Notes under the pieces: generated by a model | Seen by the model: only the letters and a program-made list of their open reading frames with translations | The model's database searches: none | Told to the model about the DNA's origin: nothing | IMG/VR virus record: IMGVR_UViG_3300030104_005320 | Coordinates: 51,904 to 115,903 of that record | Length of the DNA: 64,000 nucleotides | Reading direction: 5' to 3' (one strand) | Source of the DNA: a virus | Program-made: the position numbers and the translations under genes | Part shown: in pieces, positions 19,250-28,831 of the stretch | Layout of the letters: every line of letters starts with the position of its first letter | Numbering within the stretch: position 1 is the stretch's first letter

Positions 19250-20271
19250 TGATCGTAACATATATCAGAAGCTCCTCTTACAATAATTATGACTATTGCC
19301 AAATGCAATATTTTATAACGTATGTACTGGGACACAGGTCCACGTCTGGAAAAAAGGCTCAGTTGGGAACCATAGTCCATAAGGTAATGGAGGTATTAGC
19401 GTCATGTAAAAAAAAGCTACAAGACAATCCGGATAAAAAAAGCTTATACATAAAAGATGACGCCATAGGAAAAGTTAATTTTACTCCGCGTAGTCTTTTT
19501 ACAAAAAAGTTTGTTTCAAAAATTTTAGACCGAAGTTACGAATATTACACCGAAAACTGTACCCACAAATATACTGGGGCCGATATAAAATTTTGTAGAC
19601 TTTCTGTAGATACCGCCCTAGAGTACAACGATGGACAGTTTGACCCTAGAAAAAGAGACGTAGTAGACGCAGAGCCGCAGTTTGATATTCCTATTGAAGA
19701 GCCGTGGGCGAAATTCAAATATAAGATGCCAGACGGAGAAACAGTAGAAGGACAGCTAGCCATTAAAGGCACTATCGATCTTGTTACCAAGGTGGCAGAT
19801 GATACGATAGAGGTGATAGATTGGAAAACCGGGAGAAGATTGAACTGGGCAACAGGCGAAGAAAAAACTTATGATAAATTACTTGAAGATCCTCAGTTGT
19901 TGTTGTATAACTACGCTATATCAAAACTATATCCTAACTACGCACAAGCGATCATGTCTATTTATTTTATTAGAGACGGTGGTCCTTTTAGTATGTGCTT
20001 TGATGAATCGGATCAAACTAAATTTCTTAAAATGCTTGAAAAAAGATTCAAACAAATTCAAAGAAATGAATACCCTATGCCGATATCTAGAAATAGAAAG
20101 AGTTTTAAATGTACAAAGCTTTGTCATTTTTACAAAAACAACTGGCCCGGAACTAACACATCAATGTGTCAGCACGTAGAAGAACATTTACAGGCTTTTG
20201 GAGAAGACGGCACAATAGAAAGATGTACCAGACAAGGACACAATATTGGATATTACGAGGCACCCGGATAA
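19249..20271 (+). CDS. Cas4/AddB-like PD-(D/E)XK exonuclease with probable Fe-S cluster
   Basis: N-terminal Cys, GTIVH, GTIDLV, VIDWKTG, QLLLY, C-terminal CTKLC...C. Confidence 0.85.
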   Translation: MIVTYIRSSSYNNYDYCQMQYFITYVLGHRSTSGKKAQLGTIVHKVMEVLASCKKKLQDNPDKKSLYIKDDAIGKVNFTPRSLFTKKFVSKILDRSYEYYTENCTHKYTGADIKFCRLSVDTALEYNDGQFDPRKRDVVDAEPQFDIPIEEPWAKFKYKMPDGETVEGQLAIKGTIDLVTKVADDTIEVIDWKTGRRLNWATGEEKTYDKLLEDPQLLLYNYAISKLYPNYAQAIMSIYFIRDGGPFSMCFDESDQTKFLKMLEKRFKQIQRNEYPMPISRNRKSFKCTKLCHFYKNNWPGTNTSMCQHVEEHLQAFGEDGTIERCTRQGHNIGYYEAPG

Positions 20272-20275
20272 ATAA

Positions 20276-21868
20276 ATGAATAATTTTATACCTTTAAATT
20301 GCAAGACTCACTACAGTTTACAAAAGGGCTTCTGTAGAAACCATTTACTGGCAAAGAAATGCAAAGAATATGGATACTCTGCCTGTGGAATCGCAGATAT
20401 CAGAACGCTTTCAGGGGCCGTTGACTTTCACCAGCAGTGCAAGAAAAATGGTATCAAGCCATTGATAGGATGTGATTTTGATGACTACATATTGTTCGCA
20501 AAAAACAAACAAGGATGGTTTGATTTAATAAAATATGTTTCAGACCAGACGCTAGAAGTTTTGAAATCTGTTGCAAAAAAAGGCAATCTACTATGCGTTT
20601 CTAAGAAGTCGAACGGTTTTAAAAAGCTTTTCAAAAGCAATCATTTTCAATACAACTATGATAAAAACAGCGTTTATTACGTCACTGAGGATGAAGCGGA
20701 TTGTCATAGAATTTTACTTTGCTCTGGCATGAAGACAACAATGAAGAAGGTTGCTAAACTATTAAATCAAAAAGAAGACATTCAAAATAAAGAGTTTTTT
20801 CAAAAGTCCAACTTTTATCTGCCAACCCCAGAAGATATTGGCGATAACGATTATAAGACGCTTAACGAAATAGCAGACATGTGTGAAGACTATGAAGTTG
20901 CAGAGAAGCCAATGCTTCCCACTTTTGATTGTCCTGAAGGGACCGACGAAGACGAGTATTTGACCCAGCTTTGTAGAGTTGGCTGGAAGGAAAGGCTCAT
21001 AGATAGCGGCAAAGTAGATAAAGAAGAAATTAAAAACGAATACGCCGAACGAGTTAAAAGCGAACTTAAAGTTATAATTAAGGCGGAGCTTTCTGGATAT
21101 TTTTTAATCGTTCAAGATATTATTAATTTTGTTAAGAGAAAAGGATGGCTTGCCGGACCCGGAAGAGGATCTGCCGCTGGCTGTCTAGTCTCATATTTGA
21201 TGGGGATTACTGAGGTAGATCCAATTGAATATGGTTTGATTTTCGAAAGATTTTACAATGAGGGAAGAAATACAGAGGATCATGTTTCTCTCCCTGATAT
21301 CGATATGGATGTTCCAGCAGAATACAGAGACGATGTTATAGATTATATTAAAGAAAAATACGGCGAAGAAAATGTGGCACAAATGATTACATTTGGCAGA
21401 CTCCAAGGCAGGGCAGCAGTCAAAGAAGTTTTGAGAATTAATGAGGCCGTGTCTTTTTCTGAAATGAACGCTATAACTGAAAGTATACCGGATGAAGCCA
21501 GAATCTCAGATCAGCTTGAGCTAATGGAAGAAAAATCAATTATTAAATGGACTTTAGAAAATGAGCCTGAGAATCTGAAAAACTGGTGTATAATGCAAGA
21601 CGACGGAAGTTTAAGCGGCCCTCTTGCCAATCTGTTTGAACAAGCTATAAAAATTGAAGGAACAAATAAGTCACAAGGCAAACATCCCGCAGGAGTAATT
21701 ATTTCTAAAAATAGACTCGCAGACGTTTGCCCGATGACTACCGACAAGTCTGGAGATCCAGTGGCATCTTTAGATATGGGAGATTTAGAAACTTTAGGCC
21801 ACGTAAAATTTGACGTTCTTGGAATCGATTTATTATCTAAAATAATGGAGATTGTAAAAAATGACTGA
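20276..21868 (+). CDS. dnaE: DNA polymerase III alpha, N-terminal half (degenerate PHP plus palm/thumb)
   Basis: THYSL, GPGRGSAAGCLVSY, FERF, PDIDMD, HPAGVII, ends shortly after KFDVLG. Confidence 0.93.
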   Translation: MNNFIPLNCKTHYSLQKGFCRNHLLAKKCKEYGYSACGIADIRTLSGAVDFHQQCKKNGIKPLIGCDFDDYILFAKNKQGWFDLIKYVSDQTLEVLKSVAKKGNLLCVSKKSNGFKKLFKSNHFQYNYDKNSVYYVTEDEADCHRILLCSGMKTTMKKVAKLLNQKEDIQNKEFFQKSNFYLPTPEDIGDNDYKTLNEIADMCEDYEVAEKPMLPTFDCPEGTDEDEYLTQLCRVGWKERLIDSGKVDKEEIKNEYAERVKSELKVIIKAELSGYFLIVQDIINFVKRKGWLAGPGRGSAAGCLVSYLMGITEVDPIEYGLIFERFYNEGRNTEDHVSLPDIDMDVPAEYRDDVIDYIKEKYGEENVAQMITFGRLQGRAAVKEVLRINEAVSFSEMNAITESIPDEARISDQLELMEEKSIIKWTLENEPENLKNWCIMQDDGSLSGPLANLFEQAIKIEGTNKSQGKHPAGVIISKNRLADVCPMTTDKSGDPVASLDMGDLETLGHVKFDVLGIDLLSKIMEIVKND

Positions 21869-22094
21869 AGCTAGAAAGCAGGAATATAAATCTGTAGTTT
21901 TTGCTGGGTGCTCAATTGATAGCAATGGTGTGTCTGTTTGCAACTTGCAAAACTATATTAAAAATCCTCTTGGCGTACCAAAGGCAAAATACCAAGTGTG
22001 GTCAGACAGACACAGATGTTATGACTTATTTTACACTCTAGATGACGCTATTGAAAAGTTCATCCAATTGAAAAACAAAACAATCTATAAATAA
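21861..22094 (+). CDS. small hypothetical protein
   Basis: GGAG RBS; 77 aa ORF between the dnaE halves. Confidence 0.6.
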   Translation: MTEARKQEYKSVVFAGCSIDSNGVSVCNLQNYIKNPLGVPKAKYQVWSDRHRCYDLFYTLDDAIEKFIQLKNKTIYK

Positions 22095-22105
22095 AGGAGA
22101 TAGCT

Positions 22106-22789
22106 ATTAATTATCGAGATATCATAGTATTTGACTTCGAGACGACTGGCTCTAACCCCCACGGATGTCAACCCACACAGATAGCCGCCGTGGCACTGCA
22201 TCCGAGAAAACTCACGGTACAACCGGGAGGATATTTTGAAAGCAAGATAAGATGCATAAATAATGACGACAAAGCTGTCGCGGCTGGTTTTGATCCAATT
22301 GAAGAAAAGGCACTTGAAGTCACTGGAAGGACCAGAAAAGATATAGGCACAGGCCCGCTACCGAAAACTGTATGGAAAAAGTTCGCCCAGTTCTGTGATA
22401 AGTTTAACTTTAAAGGCACACAGTGGACCGCACCGGTGGCTGCTGGATATAATATTAATGGCTTTGATATGCCCATCGTAGAACGTATGTGCAAAATGTA
22501 CGGGCCAATTGACGAAAAAAGGGGCAGACAGAAAATCTTTAATCAAATTTTTACAATGGATTTAATGCCACACGTTTATTGCTGGTTTGAGAACAATCAA
22601 GACGTAAAGGGATACAGTATGGACTACCTACGTGATTACTTTGGAATCTCTAAAGAAAACGCTCACGACGCTCTACAGGACGTTAAAGATACAGCTAATA
22701 TACTTATCAAGTTTCTTCTGCTGCAAAGAAATTTATCTAAAAAAATAAGATTTGAAAAGGCTTTTGCTAATGGCGAGTTGTATGTTTGA
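22106..22789 (+). CDS. DEDDh 3'-5' exonuclease (DnaQ/epsilon-like)
   Basis: In-frame upstream extension reads (I/M)NYRDIIVFDFETTG (ExoI); AGYNINGFD (ExoII); HDALQD (ExoIII); AAGGAG at 22094-22099 before ATT 22106. Confidence 0.85.
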   Translation: MNYRDIIVFDFETTGSNPHGCQPTQIAAVALHPRKLTVQPGGYFESKIRCINNDDKAVAAGFDPIEEKALEVTGRTRKDIGTGPLPKTVWKKFAQFCDKFNFKGTQWTAPVAAGYNINGFDMPIVERMCKMYGPIDEKRGRQKIFNQIFTMDLMPHVYCWFENNQDVKGYSMDYLRDYFGISKENAHDALQDVKDTANILIKFLLLQRNLSKKIRFEKAFANGELYV

Positions 22790-24335
22790 TATTAATAATT
22801 TTGAAGATAGCAACGTCTGGGACTTAATTTGCGAAGGAAACACTAAAGGTGTCTTTCAGCTTGAGTCTAGCTTGGGTCGTCACTGGGCCAAGAAAACCAA
22901 GCCAAGAAGCATTAACGAACTAGCCGCTCTTATTTCTCTCATACGTCCGGGCGTTTTAAAGGCCAAGGTAGATGGCAAATCTATGGCTGATCATTATGTT
23001 GATCGCAAAGAAAACAAAGATCCGGTAACTTATCCCCACGATTCTCTAGAACCGATTCTCAGTGAGACTTTTGGCGTTCTTGTTTATCAAGAGCAGTCTA
23101 TGAAGATTGCACAGGTTTTAGCTGGCTTCGATCTAAAAGAAGCAGACGCACTAAGAAAAGCTATCGGTAAAAAGAAAGCAGACTTAATGGAGAAGGTTAA
23201 GACCAAATTCTTGCAGGGCACAAAAAAACAAGGCATCGTGACAGACGATGTAGCTGATGAAATTTTTTCTTGGATTGAAAAGTCTAACAGATATGCTTTC
23301 AATAAATCTCACGCTGTTTCTTACGCTATTGATGCGTTTTGGAGTGCTTATTGTAAAACATACAGACTCAAAAAGTTTTATAATACATATCTAGGTAGAG
23401 CAGATAAGAAGCCAAAGCCAGACATTGAAAAAAAAGAACTGATAATGGATGCTAGGCGTTCAAATATAGATATCCTTCCTCCAAGACTACAGCATCTTTT
23501 TACAGATTTTACTATGGATAATGAAAAAAATGTAATCTATTATGGATTACGCCATGTTAAAAACGTAGGAATCAAAGAATGCGAAAAATTAGAAAAGATT
23601 AAAACATCTACAGATATATCTGGATATAATTGGCTAGACTGTCTAATCAATATTATTTACAAATGCAACCTGAATAAAAGATCGGTTATTTCTCTTATAT
23701 CGGTTGGAGCATTTAATGGCGTTAATAATACTGTTAGTAGAGCGAAAATGCTTTACGAATTTGATAGCTGGAAACAGTTGTCAGCCAGAGAGCAAGAGTA
23801 CATATCAACCATATACAAAGATAAAAAAGACTTAGCAGATTGTATTCGCTTTACTCTTGAGTCTTCAGACATTAAAATTAATAGCCGTAGAAATCCCACT
23901 GTTGTAGATATAAAAAATTCATTAGAGAACCCATTTTATAATCTGGACGATACACCTCACACAATATCCACAGAAGAAGAAAAATATATGAGTTGTTCTT
24001 TGACTTGTAACAAAATCGACGGAATTGATTTAAATATATCAACTTCCGTGTGCAAAGATATATCTAATGAGTCGATAACAGGTAAAGTAAATCTAGCTGC
24101 TCAGATAAATTCTGTCAGAATATATAAAACTAAAAGAGGGAAAAATCCCGGCCAAACTATGGCCTTCTTGTGTGTTGAGGATGGAAGCGGCTCCCTTGAT
24201 TCTGTTACTGTATTTCCAGAGGCTTATGAGGAGAACCGAGATTTACTGATAGAAGGAAATACTGTACTAATAATTGGAGAGATATCTAAAAAAGACAAAA
24301 AATCTATTATTGTCAACAAGGTGTCGCAAATTTGA
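22782..24335 (+). CDS. dnaE: DNA polymerase III alpha, C-terminal half (fingers, HhH, OB fold)
   Basis: GVFQLES, LIRPG, TFGVLVYQEQ, ADALRKAIGKKK, YAFNKSHAVSYA, MAFLCVEDGSG...VFP. Confidence 0.92.
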   Translation: MFDINNFEDSNVWDLICEGNTKGVFQLESSLGRHWAKKTKPRSINELAALISLIRPGVLKAKVDGKSMADHYVDRKENKDPVTYPHDSLEPILSETFGVLVYQEQSMKIAQVLAGFDLKEADALRKAIGKKKADLMEKVKTKFLQGTKKQGIVTDDVADEIFSWIEKSNRYAFNKSHAVSYAIDAFWSAYCKTYRLKKFYNTYLGRADKKPKPDIEKKELIMDARRSNIDILPPRLQHLFTDFTMDNEKNVIYYGLRHVKNVGIKECEKLEKIKTSTDISGYNWLDCLINIIYKCNLNKRSVISLISVGAFNGVNNTVSRAKMLYEFDSWKQLSAREQEYISTIYKDKKDLADCIRFTLESSDIKINSRRNPTVVDIKNSLENPFYNLDDTPHTISTEEEKYMSCSLTCNKIDGIDLNISTSVCKDISNESITGKVNLAAQINSVRIYKTKRGKNPGQTMAFLCVEDGSGSLDSVTVFPEAYEENRDLLIEGNTVLIIGEISKKDKKSIIVNKVSQI

Positions 24336-24634
24336 AAGGTTTAAAGTTGAACAAATGTCATTTTTTAGGGAAGGTAATAGAGCCTCCCCGCCTACACGAT
24401 GAGAACGGAACCTCTGTTGTGAGATTTGTTTTAGAAGTAGAAGAATACAGAAGAGACAAAAGTGGTGAAAAAAAACGCTCTGTGAATTATCTGGACTTTG
24501 AAGCTTGGGATAGTGCCGCGATAGCAATAGAAAGATACGCCTTTGACGGCTGCCTGATGGCCGTTGAATCCATAGCCAGAAGATATGAAGACATTGTTGT
24601 ATTTAGAGTTACAAATTTTAAAATTTTGCACTGA
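24332..24634 (+). CDS. ssb: single-stranded DNA-binding protein (short, no acidic tail)
   Basis: LNKCHFLG, VVRFVLEV, YLDFEAW...A OB-fold pattern. Confidence 0.75.
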   Translation: MKGLKLNKCHFLGKVIEPPRLHDENGTSVVRFVLEVEEYRRDKSGEKKRSVNYLDFEAWDSAAIAIERYAFDGCLMAVESIARRYEDIVVFRVTNFKILH

Positions 24635-24645
24635 TTGGTCTTACG

Positions 24646-26286
24646 ATGAGAAAAAAGAAAGTGCTATTTGTATCTGAGGCTTCGTGGAAAACAACCGGAT
24701 ATTCAGTATACACTAAAGAAGTATTGAGCAGGCTGAACCAAATAGACGAATTAGAAGTGGCTGAATTGTCCTGCTACGGATCTGCTTCCGATCCTGAAAT
24801 AAAAGATATACCTTGGAAAGTTTTTCCAAACAAGCCAGATGGAAACTCAGAAGAGTTTAAGATATACAAAAGTAATCCCAGCAATACATTTGGCGAATGG
24901 ACATTTAATAATGTTTGTCTAAAGTTTCAGCCAGATATTGTTATGGATATTCGTGACTGGTGGATGTTTGAATATCAACAAAGATCTCCGTTTAGAGATT
25001 TTTATCATTGGGCTATAATGCCGACAGTGGATGCGGCACCCCAAAATTCTCAGTGGGTAAACACATTTCAATCTGCTGACGCTGTATTCACTTATTCAGA
25101 ATTTGGTAGAGACGTTTTACAGGGGCAGTGCGATAATCTTAATTTTTGTGGAATAGCACCTCCCGCCGCTAGTAAAAACTTTATTCCATTTCTTAATAAA
25201 TCACAGCACAAGGAAACGATGGGATTAGACCCGGATTCCATAATTATTGGCACCGTGATGCGAAACCAGCGAAGAAAGTTATATCCGGATTTATTTAAAT
25301 CTTTTAGGATGTTGCTAGATGAAACAAAAAATGATAAACTCTTTCTGCATTGCCACAAATACTATCCAGACATTGGCTGGGACACTCCGAGTCTGTTAGA
25401 TGAATTCGGCCTTAACAACAGAGTTCTTTTTTCATACCAATGTAAAGAGTGTAAAAATTTACAGGTAGAATTCTTTCAGGATTCAGTTACCTACTGTAAA
25501 AAATGTAACAAGCTTACACAACAGCTAGTAGGTATAGAAAATCCTATAGACGAAGTAAATCTTAATAAAATATACAATACATTTGACATATATGTTCAAT
25601 ACGCGAATAGTGAAGGCTTTGGAATGCCTCAGTTAGAGGCCGCATATGCTGGACTGCCCGTAATATCTACTTATTATTCAGCCATGGAATCTGTTATAGA
25701 TAACATAGGAGGCATCGGAATTAAGCCTTTAGAGTATTCTAGGGAGGCTGAAACAGGCTGCTATAGGGCGATTCCAGACAATAGAAAGTTTGTAGACGTT
25801 CTTAAAAAGATGATAGACTCAAAACAAACATTACCAAAAATCGGGCAAAAAATAAATAAAACTGCCAGAAATCACTATAGCTGGGACAAAACCGCAGACA
25901 TATGGGCAGAGCATATAAAGTCAGTACCTATGAGAGATCTTAAAGAAACTTGGCTCTCTCCCGCAAACATAAAACAGCCAGCTTCATCTGTGCCGCAAAA
26001 TATTGTAGATTTAGCGGACAAGGTTGATTTTATATTTACAGACATACTACATAAACCAGAGTGGATAGGTGGATACCTATGGACTAAAGTTCTTAAAGAT
26101 TGTACGTTCAAGTATAGAGTACAAAGTTCTAATGAAGACTTTTACTTTAATGAATCTCATATCCAGTCTTACGATCAATTTTTACCCTTTAGCTTTGAGA
26201 AGGCGTGCGAAGAAATGGCAGCCTTCAGAAATCAACTTAATCAATGGGAGATGGCTAGAGTGCAGGCGATAGGGGGAAGTCAGTGA
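24646..26286 (+). CDS. GT4-like (GT-B) glycosyltransferase with zinc-ribbon insertion
   Basis: TGY, VMRNQRRK, EGFGMPQLEAAYAGLPVI; CKEC..CKKC insert. Confidence 0.88.
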   Translation: MRKKKVLFVSEASWKTTGYSVYTKEVLSRLNQIDELEVAELSCYGSASDPEIKDIPWKVFPNKPDGNSEEFKIYKSNPSNTFGEWTFNNVCLKFQPDIVMDIRDWWMFEYQQRSPFRDFYHWAIMPTVDAAPQNSQWVNTFQSADAVFTYSEFGRDVLQGQCDNLNFCGIAPPAASKNFIPFLNKSQHKETMGLDPDSIIIGTVMRNQRRKLYPDLFKSFRMLLDETKNDKLFLHCHKYYPDIGWDTPSLLDEFGLNNRVLFSYQCKECKNLQVEFFQDSVTYCKKCNKLTQQLVGIENPIDEVNLNKIYNTFDIYVQYANSEGFGMPQLEAAYAGLPVISTYYSAMESVIDNIGGIGIKPLEYSREAETGCYRAIPDNRKFVDVLKKMIDSKQTLPKIGQKINKTARNHYSWDKTADIWAEHIKSVPMRDLKETWLSPANIKQPASSVPQNIVDLADKVDFIFTDILHKPEWIGGYLWTKVLKDCTFKYRVQSSNEDFYFNESHIQSYDQFLPFSFEKACEEMAAFRNQLNQWEMARVQAIGGSQ

Positions 26287-27371
26287 AGGTATTATACATA
26301 GGAAATTACAAAGACGGGACAGGATGGGCCAATGCTTGTTGTGGAAACATATTAGCCATGGACGCTGCCGGTATAGAAGTTGTGCCAAGGGCTATAACTT
26401 TTGAAAAGCAAAGCAAGCCATATCCTAAAAGAATTAAAGAACTAGAAATTAAATACTCAAAGAAAAGCGACAACTACGATTGCGATGTTGTCGTACAACA
26501 CACACTACCGCATTTGTATTCTTACAATTCAAGATATAAAAACATTGGATTTTTTGATACTGAATCTTTCGATTTTGCTACAACCGGCTGGCAGCATTAT
26601 GCAAATATGATGGATGAGATCTGGGTTCCTAGTGAGCAAAATTTACAAGCCGCCAAAACCAGCGGTATAACTGTTCCGATAAAAATTATACCACACTCTA
26701 TAGATATGTCTGAGTATGAAAATACAGACGGTGCAAAAATTCAAGAGATGCAAAACAATTTTACTTTTGGGTTTGTTGGAGAGTTTATAGAGAGAAAAAA
26801 CTTGAAGGCATTAATCAAGGCTTTTCATATGGAATTTGACCCTAGAGAGCCTGTCAATCTTTTTATTAAAACTTCTAAATCGTCACTAGAGGATGTTCAA
26901 AAATTTTGTGGCCACATAAGAAGAGGGTTGAAACTTAGAAAAGAATACAAAGAAGAAATAGTAGTAGCCGGAATGCTAGAAAAGGTAGATTATGCTTCTG
27001 TGCTCAGTCAGGTTGATTGTTTTGTTATGCCTAGTCGTGGTGAAGCGTTTTGTATTCCCGCACTTGAAGCAATGGCACTTGGAATTCCCTCAATATACAC
27101 AGAATCAATTGGTATGGATTACTGTGTCGGAGAGGCTGTTCCCGCTAGAGTAGAGCCTTGTTTTGGAGCAATGCAGACTCTTCCAGACCTAGACACGGCA
27201 AGTAGCACATGGGCTGAGATAGATGTTCTGGAGCTATGCAAAGCAATGAGAAAGTGGTACAACAATAAAGATTTAAGTTCCTCAATTAAAGAAGAATGTA
27301 TTGAAACAGCCGCTGAGTATGACCACAAATATATTGGAATTGGCATAAAGGAGATTCTAAATGGCGGCTAG
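26283..27371 (+). CDS. GT4-like glycosyltransferase
   Basis: TGW, DEIWVPS, ERKN, PSRGEAFCIPALEAMALG. Confidence 0.9.
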   Translation: MKVLYIGNYKDGTGWANACCGNILAMDAAGIEVVPRAITFEKQSKPYPKRIKELEIKYSKKSDNYDCDVVVQHTLPHLYSYNSRYKNIGFFDTESFDFATTGWQHYANMMDEIWVPSEQNLQAAKTSGITVPIKIIPHSIDMSEYENTDGAKIQEMQNNFTFGFVGEFIERKNLKALIKAFHMEFDPREPVNLFIKTSKSSLEDVQKFCGHIRRGLKLRKEYKEEIVVAGMLEKVDYASVLSQVDCFVMPSRGEAFCIPALEAMALGIPSIYTESIGMDYCVGEAVPARVEPCFGAMQTLPDLDTASSTWAEIDVLELCKAMRKWYNNKDLSSSIKEECIETAAEYDHKYIGIGIKEILNGG

Positions 27372-28425
27372 TGCCACTGGTAGATCCGTTAGATCTATAA
27401 TGAGAAAAGTCAAAAGAGGGGACAAGCTTAATATATTAACTTTTCCCACGCATGAAAGGTACGAAGAAAACCTATGCAAAACAGGACATAATTTCTACGC
27501 TATAAACTATGGTAAAACGTGGGAGAGGCTATACGCGGATATTCCCGAAAACTACCATATCGTGAATGAAATACCAATAGATGTAGATTTTGATTTAGTT
27601 TTAAGTCACACTAGTTGTGAACGGATCAGGCTTGCAATCAACCTGCTGTCTGAAACAGACGATATAACTAAAATGAATGTTCCCATACTTAGGCATTGCC
27701 ACGTTTTGCCGAATCCCAAAATGCAAATTAGCCCAGAGATGCAGATGCAGCACTACAAAAGTGTTCCGGTGCAAAGGAACTCTTTTATATCTAGCTTCAA
27801 CAGAAAGCAATGGGGCTACGATGATGACGCTTCAATAATTGAACACGGAATGGATACTGATTTTTGGAAGCCCGACGATTCTGTGAAGCGTGAAAATTGG
27901 TGCTTATCTGTGGTTAATGACTGGCCTAATCGTGACTGGTGTTGCGGATTTGGGTTATGGTGTGCGACAGTCGGTCTAAATACTGAATACGAGATACCTA
28001 CAAGGGTTTATGGAAATAGTCCGGGATTTTCAGAAGCCGCCAAGGACACCAACCATCTAAGAGAGATATACCAATCTTCTAGCATCTTCTACAATACATC
28101 AATACATTCCCCCGTACCAACCGTTCTAATGGAGGCTATGGCTTGTGGTTGTGCTATTGTTTCTACCAACAACTGCATGATACCGGAGATAATTGAACAC
28201 GGCAAAAATGGACTACTGTCAAATGATCCTAATGAATTACGGCAGTTTCTTGAAATGCTTTTAAACAATCCAGAACTAGCTAGAAAGCTGGGAGATGAAG
28301 CAAGAAAAACTATTGTAGAAAAGTTTGGACTAGAAAGATTTATTGAAAATTGGAATGATCTTTTATATGACACTGTAGAAAATTATACATACACAACGGA
28401 GAGAGTTGATGAAAGCATATCTTAG
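27361..28425 (+). CDS. GT4-like glycosyltransferase
   Basis: IEHGMDTDFW, PTVLMEAMACGCAIVST, EIIEHGKNGLL. Confidence 0.88.
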   Translation: MAASATGRSVRSIMRKVKRGDKLNILTFPTHERYEENLCKTGHNFYAINYGKTWERLYADIPENYHIVNEIPIDVDFDLVLSHTSCERIRLAINLLSETDDITKMNVPILRHCHVLPNPKMQISPEMQMQHYKSVPVQRNSFISSFNRKQWGYDDDASIIEHGMDTDFWKPDDSVKRENWCLSVVNDWPNRDWCCGFGLWCATVGLNTEYEIPTRVYGNSPGFSEAAKDTNHLREIYQSSSIFYNTSIHSPVPTVLMEAMACGCAIVSTNNCMIPEIIEHGKNGLLSNDPNELRQFLEMLLNNPELARKLGDEARKTIVEKFGLERFIENWNDLLYDTVENYTYTTERVDESIS

Positions 28426-28831
28426 TTTCGTTCGCCCGGAAGACAATGCCTATAATTATTATAGAAACATAGGCAATTTTGCAAACGCAGTAATGGACAG
28501 CGAGGCAAATGAAATAGTCTGTAAAGATTTCCTGTCTTCCTTTTCTTACGATGAAGTGCCCGCTCTTATGGACCTGATTTTAAAGAAAATGAGGATCAAC
28601 TCCGAACTTACCATAGTTGAGCCTGATTTCTACCTTGCTTCAAAACATATATATAGAGGCGATATTCCTGTATCAGAGATTAATTCAAAACTTTTTGACT
28701 CTAATTCGTTAAAATCAATTTTAACCATTTCAGATATTGAATCTCTCATAACTCCATCTTTTCAAGTTGTTTCAAAACACTTAGATGAAAACAGTTGTAG
28801 ATTTGTTATAAAAGTTAGGAGATCTCAATGA
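28409..28831 (+). CDS. degenerate methyltransferase-like protein
   Basis: EIVCKDFLSSF...KKMRINSELTIVEPDF resembles the C-terminal half of a class I MTase but lacks a GxG motif. Confidence 0.4.
   Translation: MKAYLSFVRPEDNAYNYYRNIGNFANAVMDSEANEIVCKDFLSSFSYDEVPALMDLILKKMRINSELTIVEPDFYLASKHIYRGDIPVSEINSKLFDSNSLKSILTISDIESLITPSFQVVSKHLDENSCRFVIKVRRSQ

Noticed and set aside
19249-20271. CRISPR-Cas system suggested by the Cas4-like nuclease
   Set aside because: No repeat-spacer array or other cas genes are visible; stand-alone Cas4/AddB-like nucleases are common in phage replication modules
21700-22900. Split intein or group I intron explaining the dnaE break
   Set aside because: No Hint-domain motifs at either end; the intervening DNA is fully occupied by two coupled ORFs with their own RBS, leaving no room for a ribozyme core
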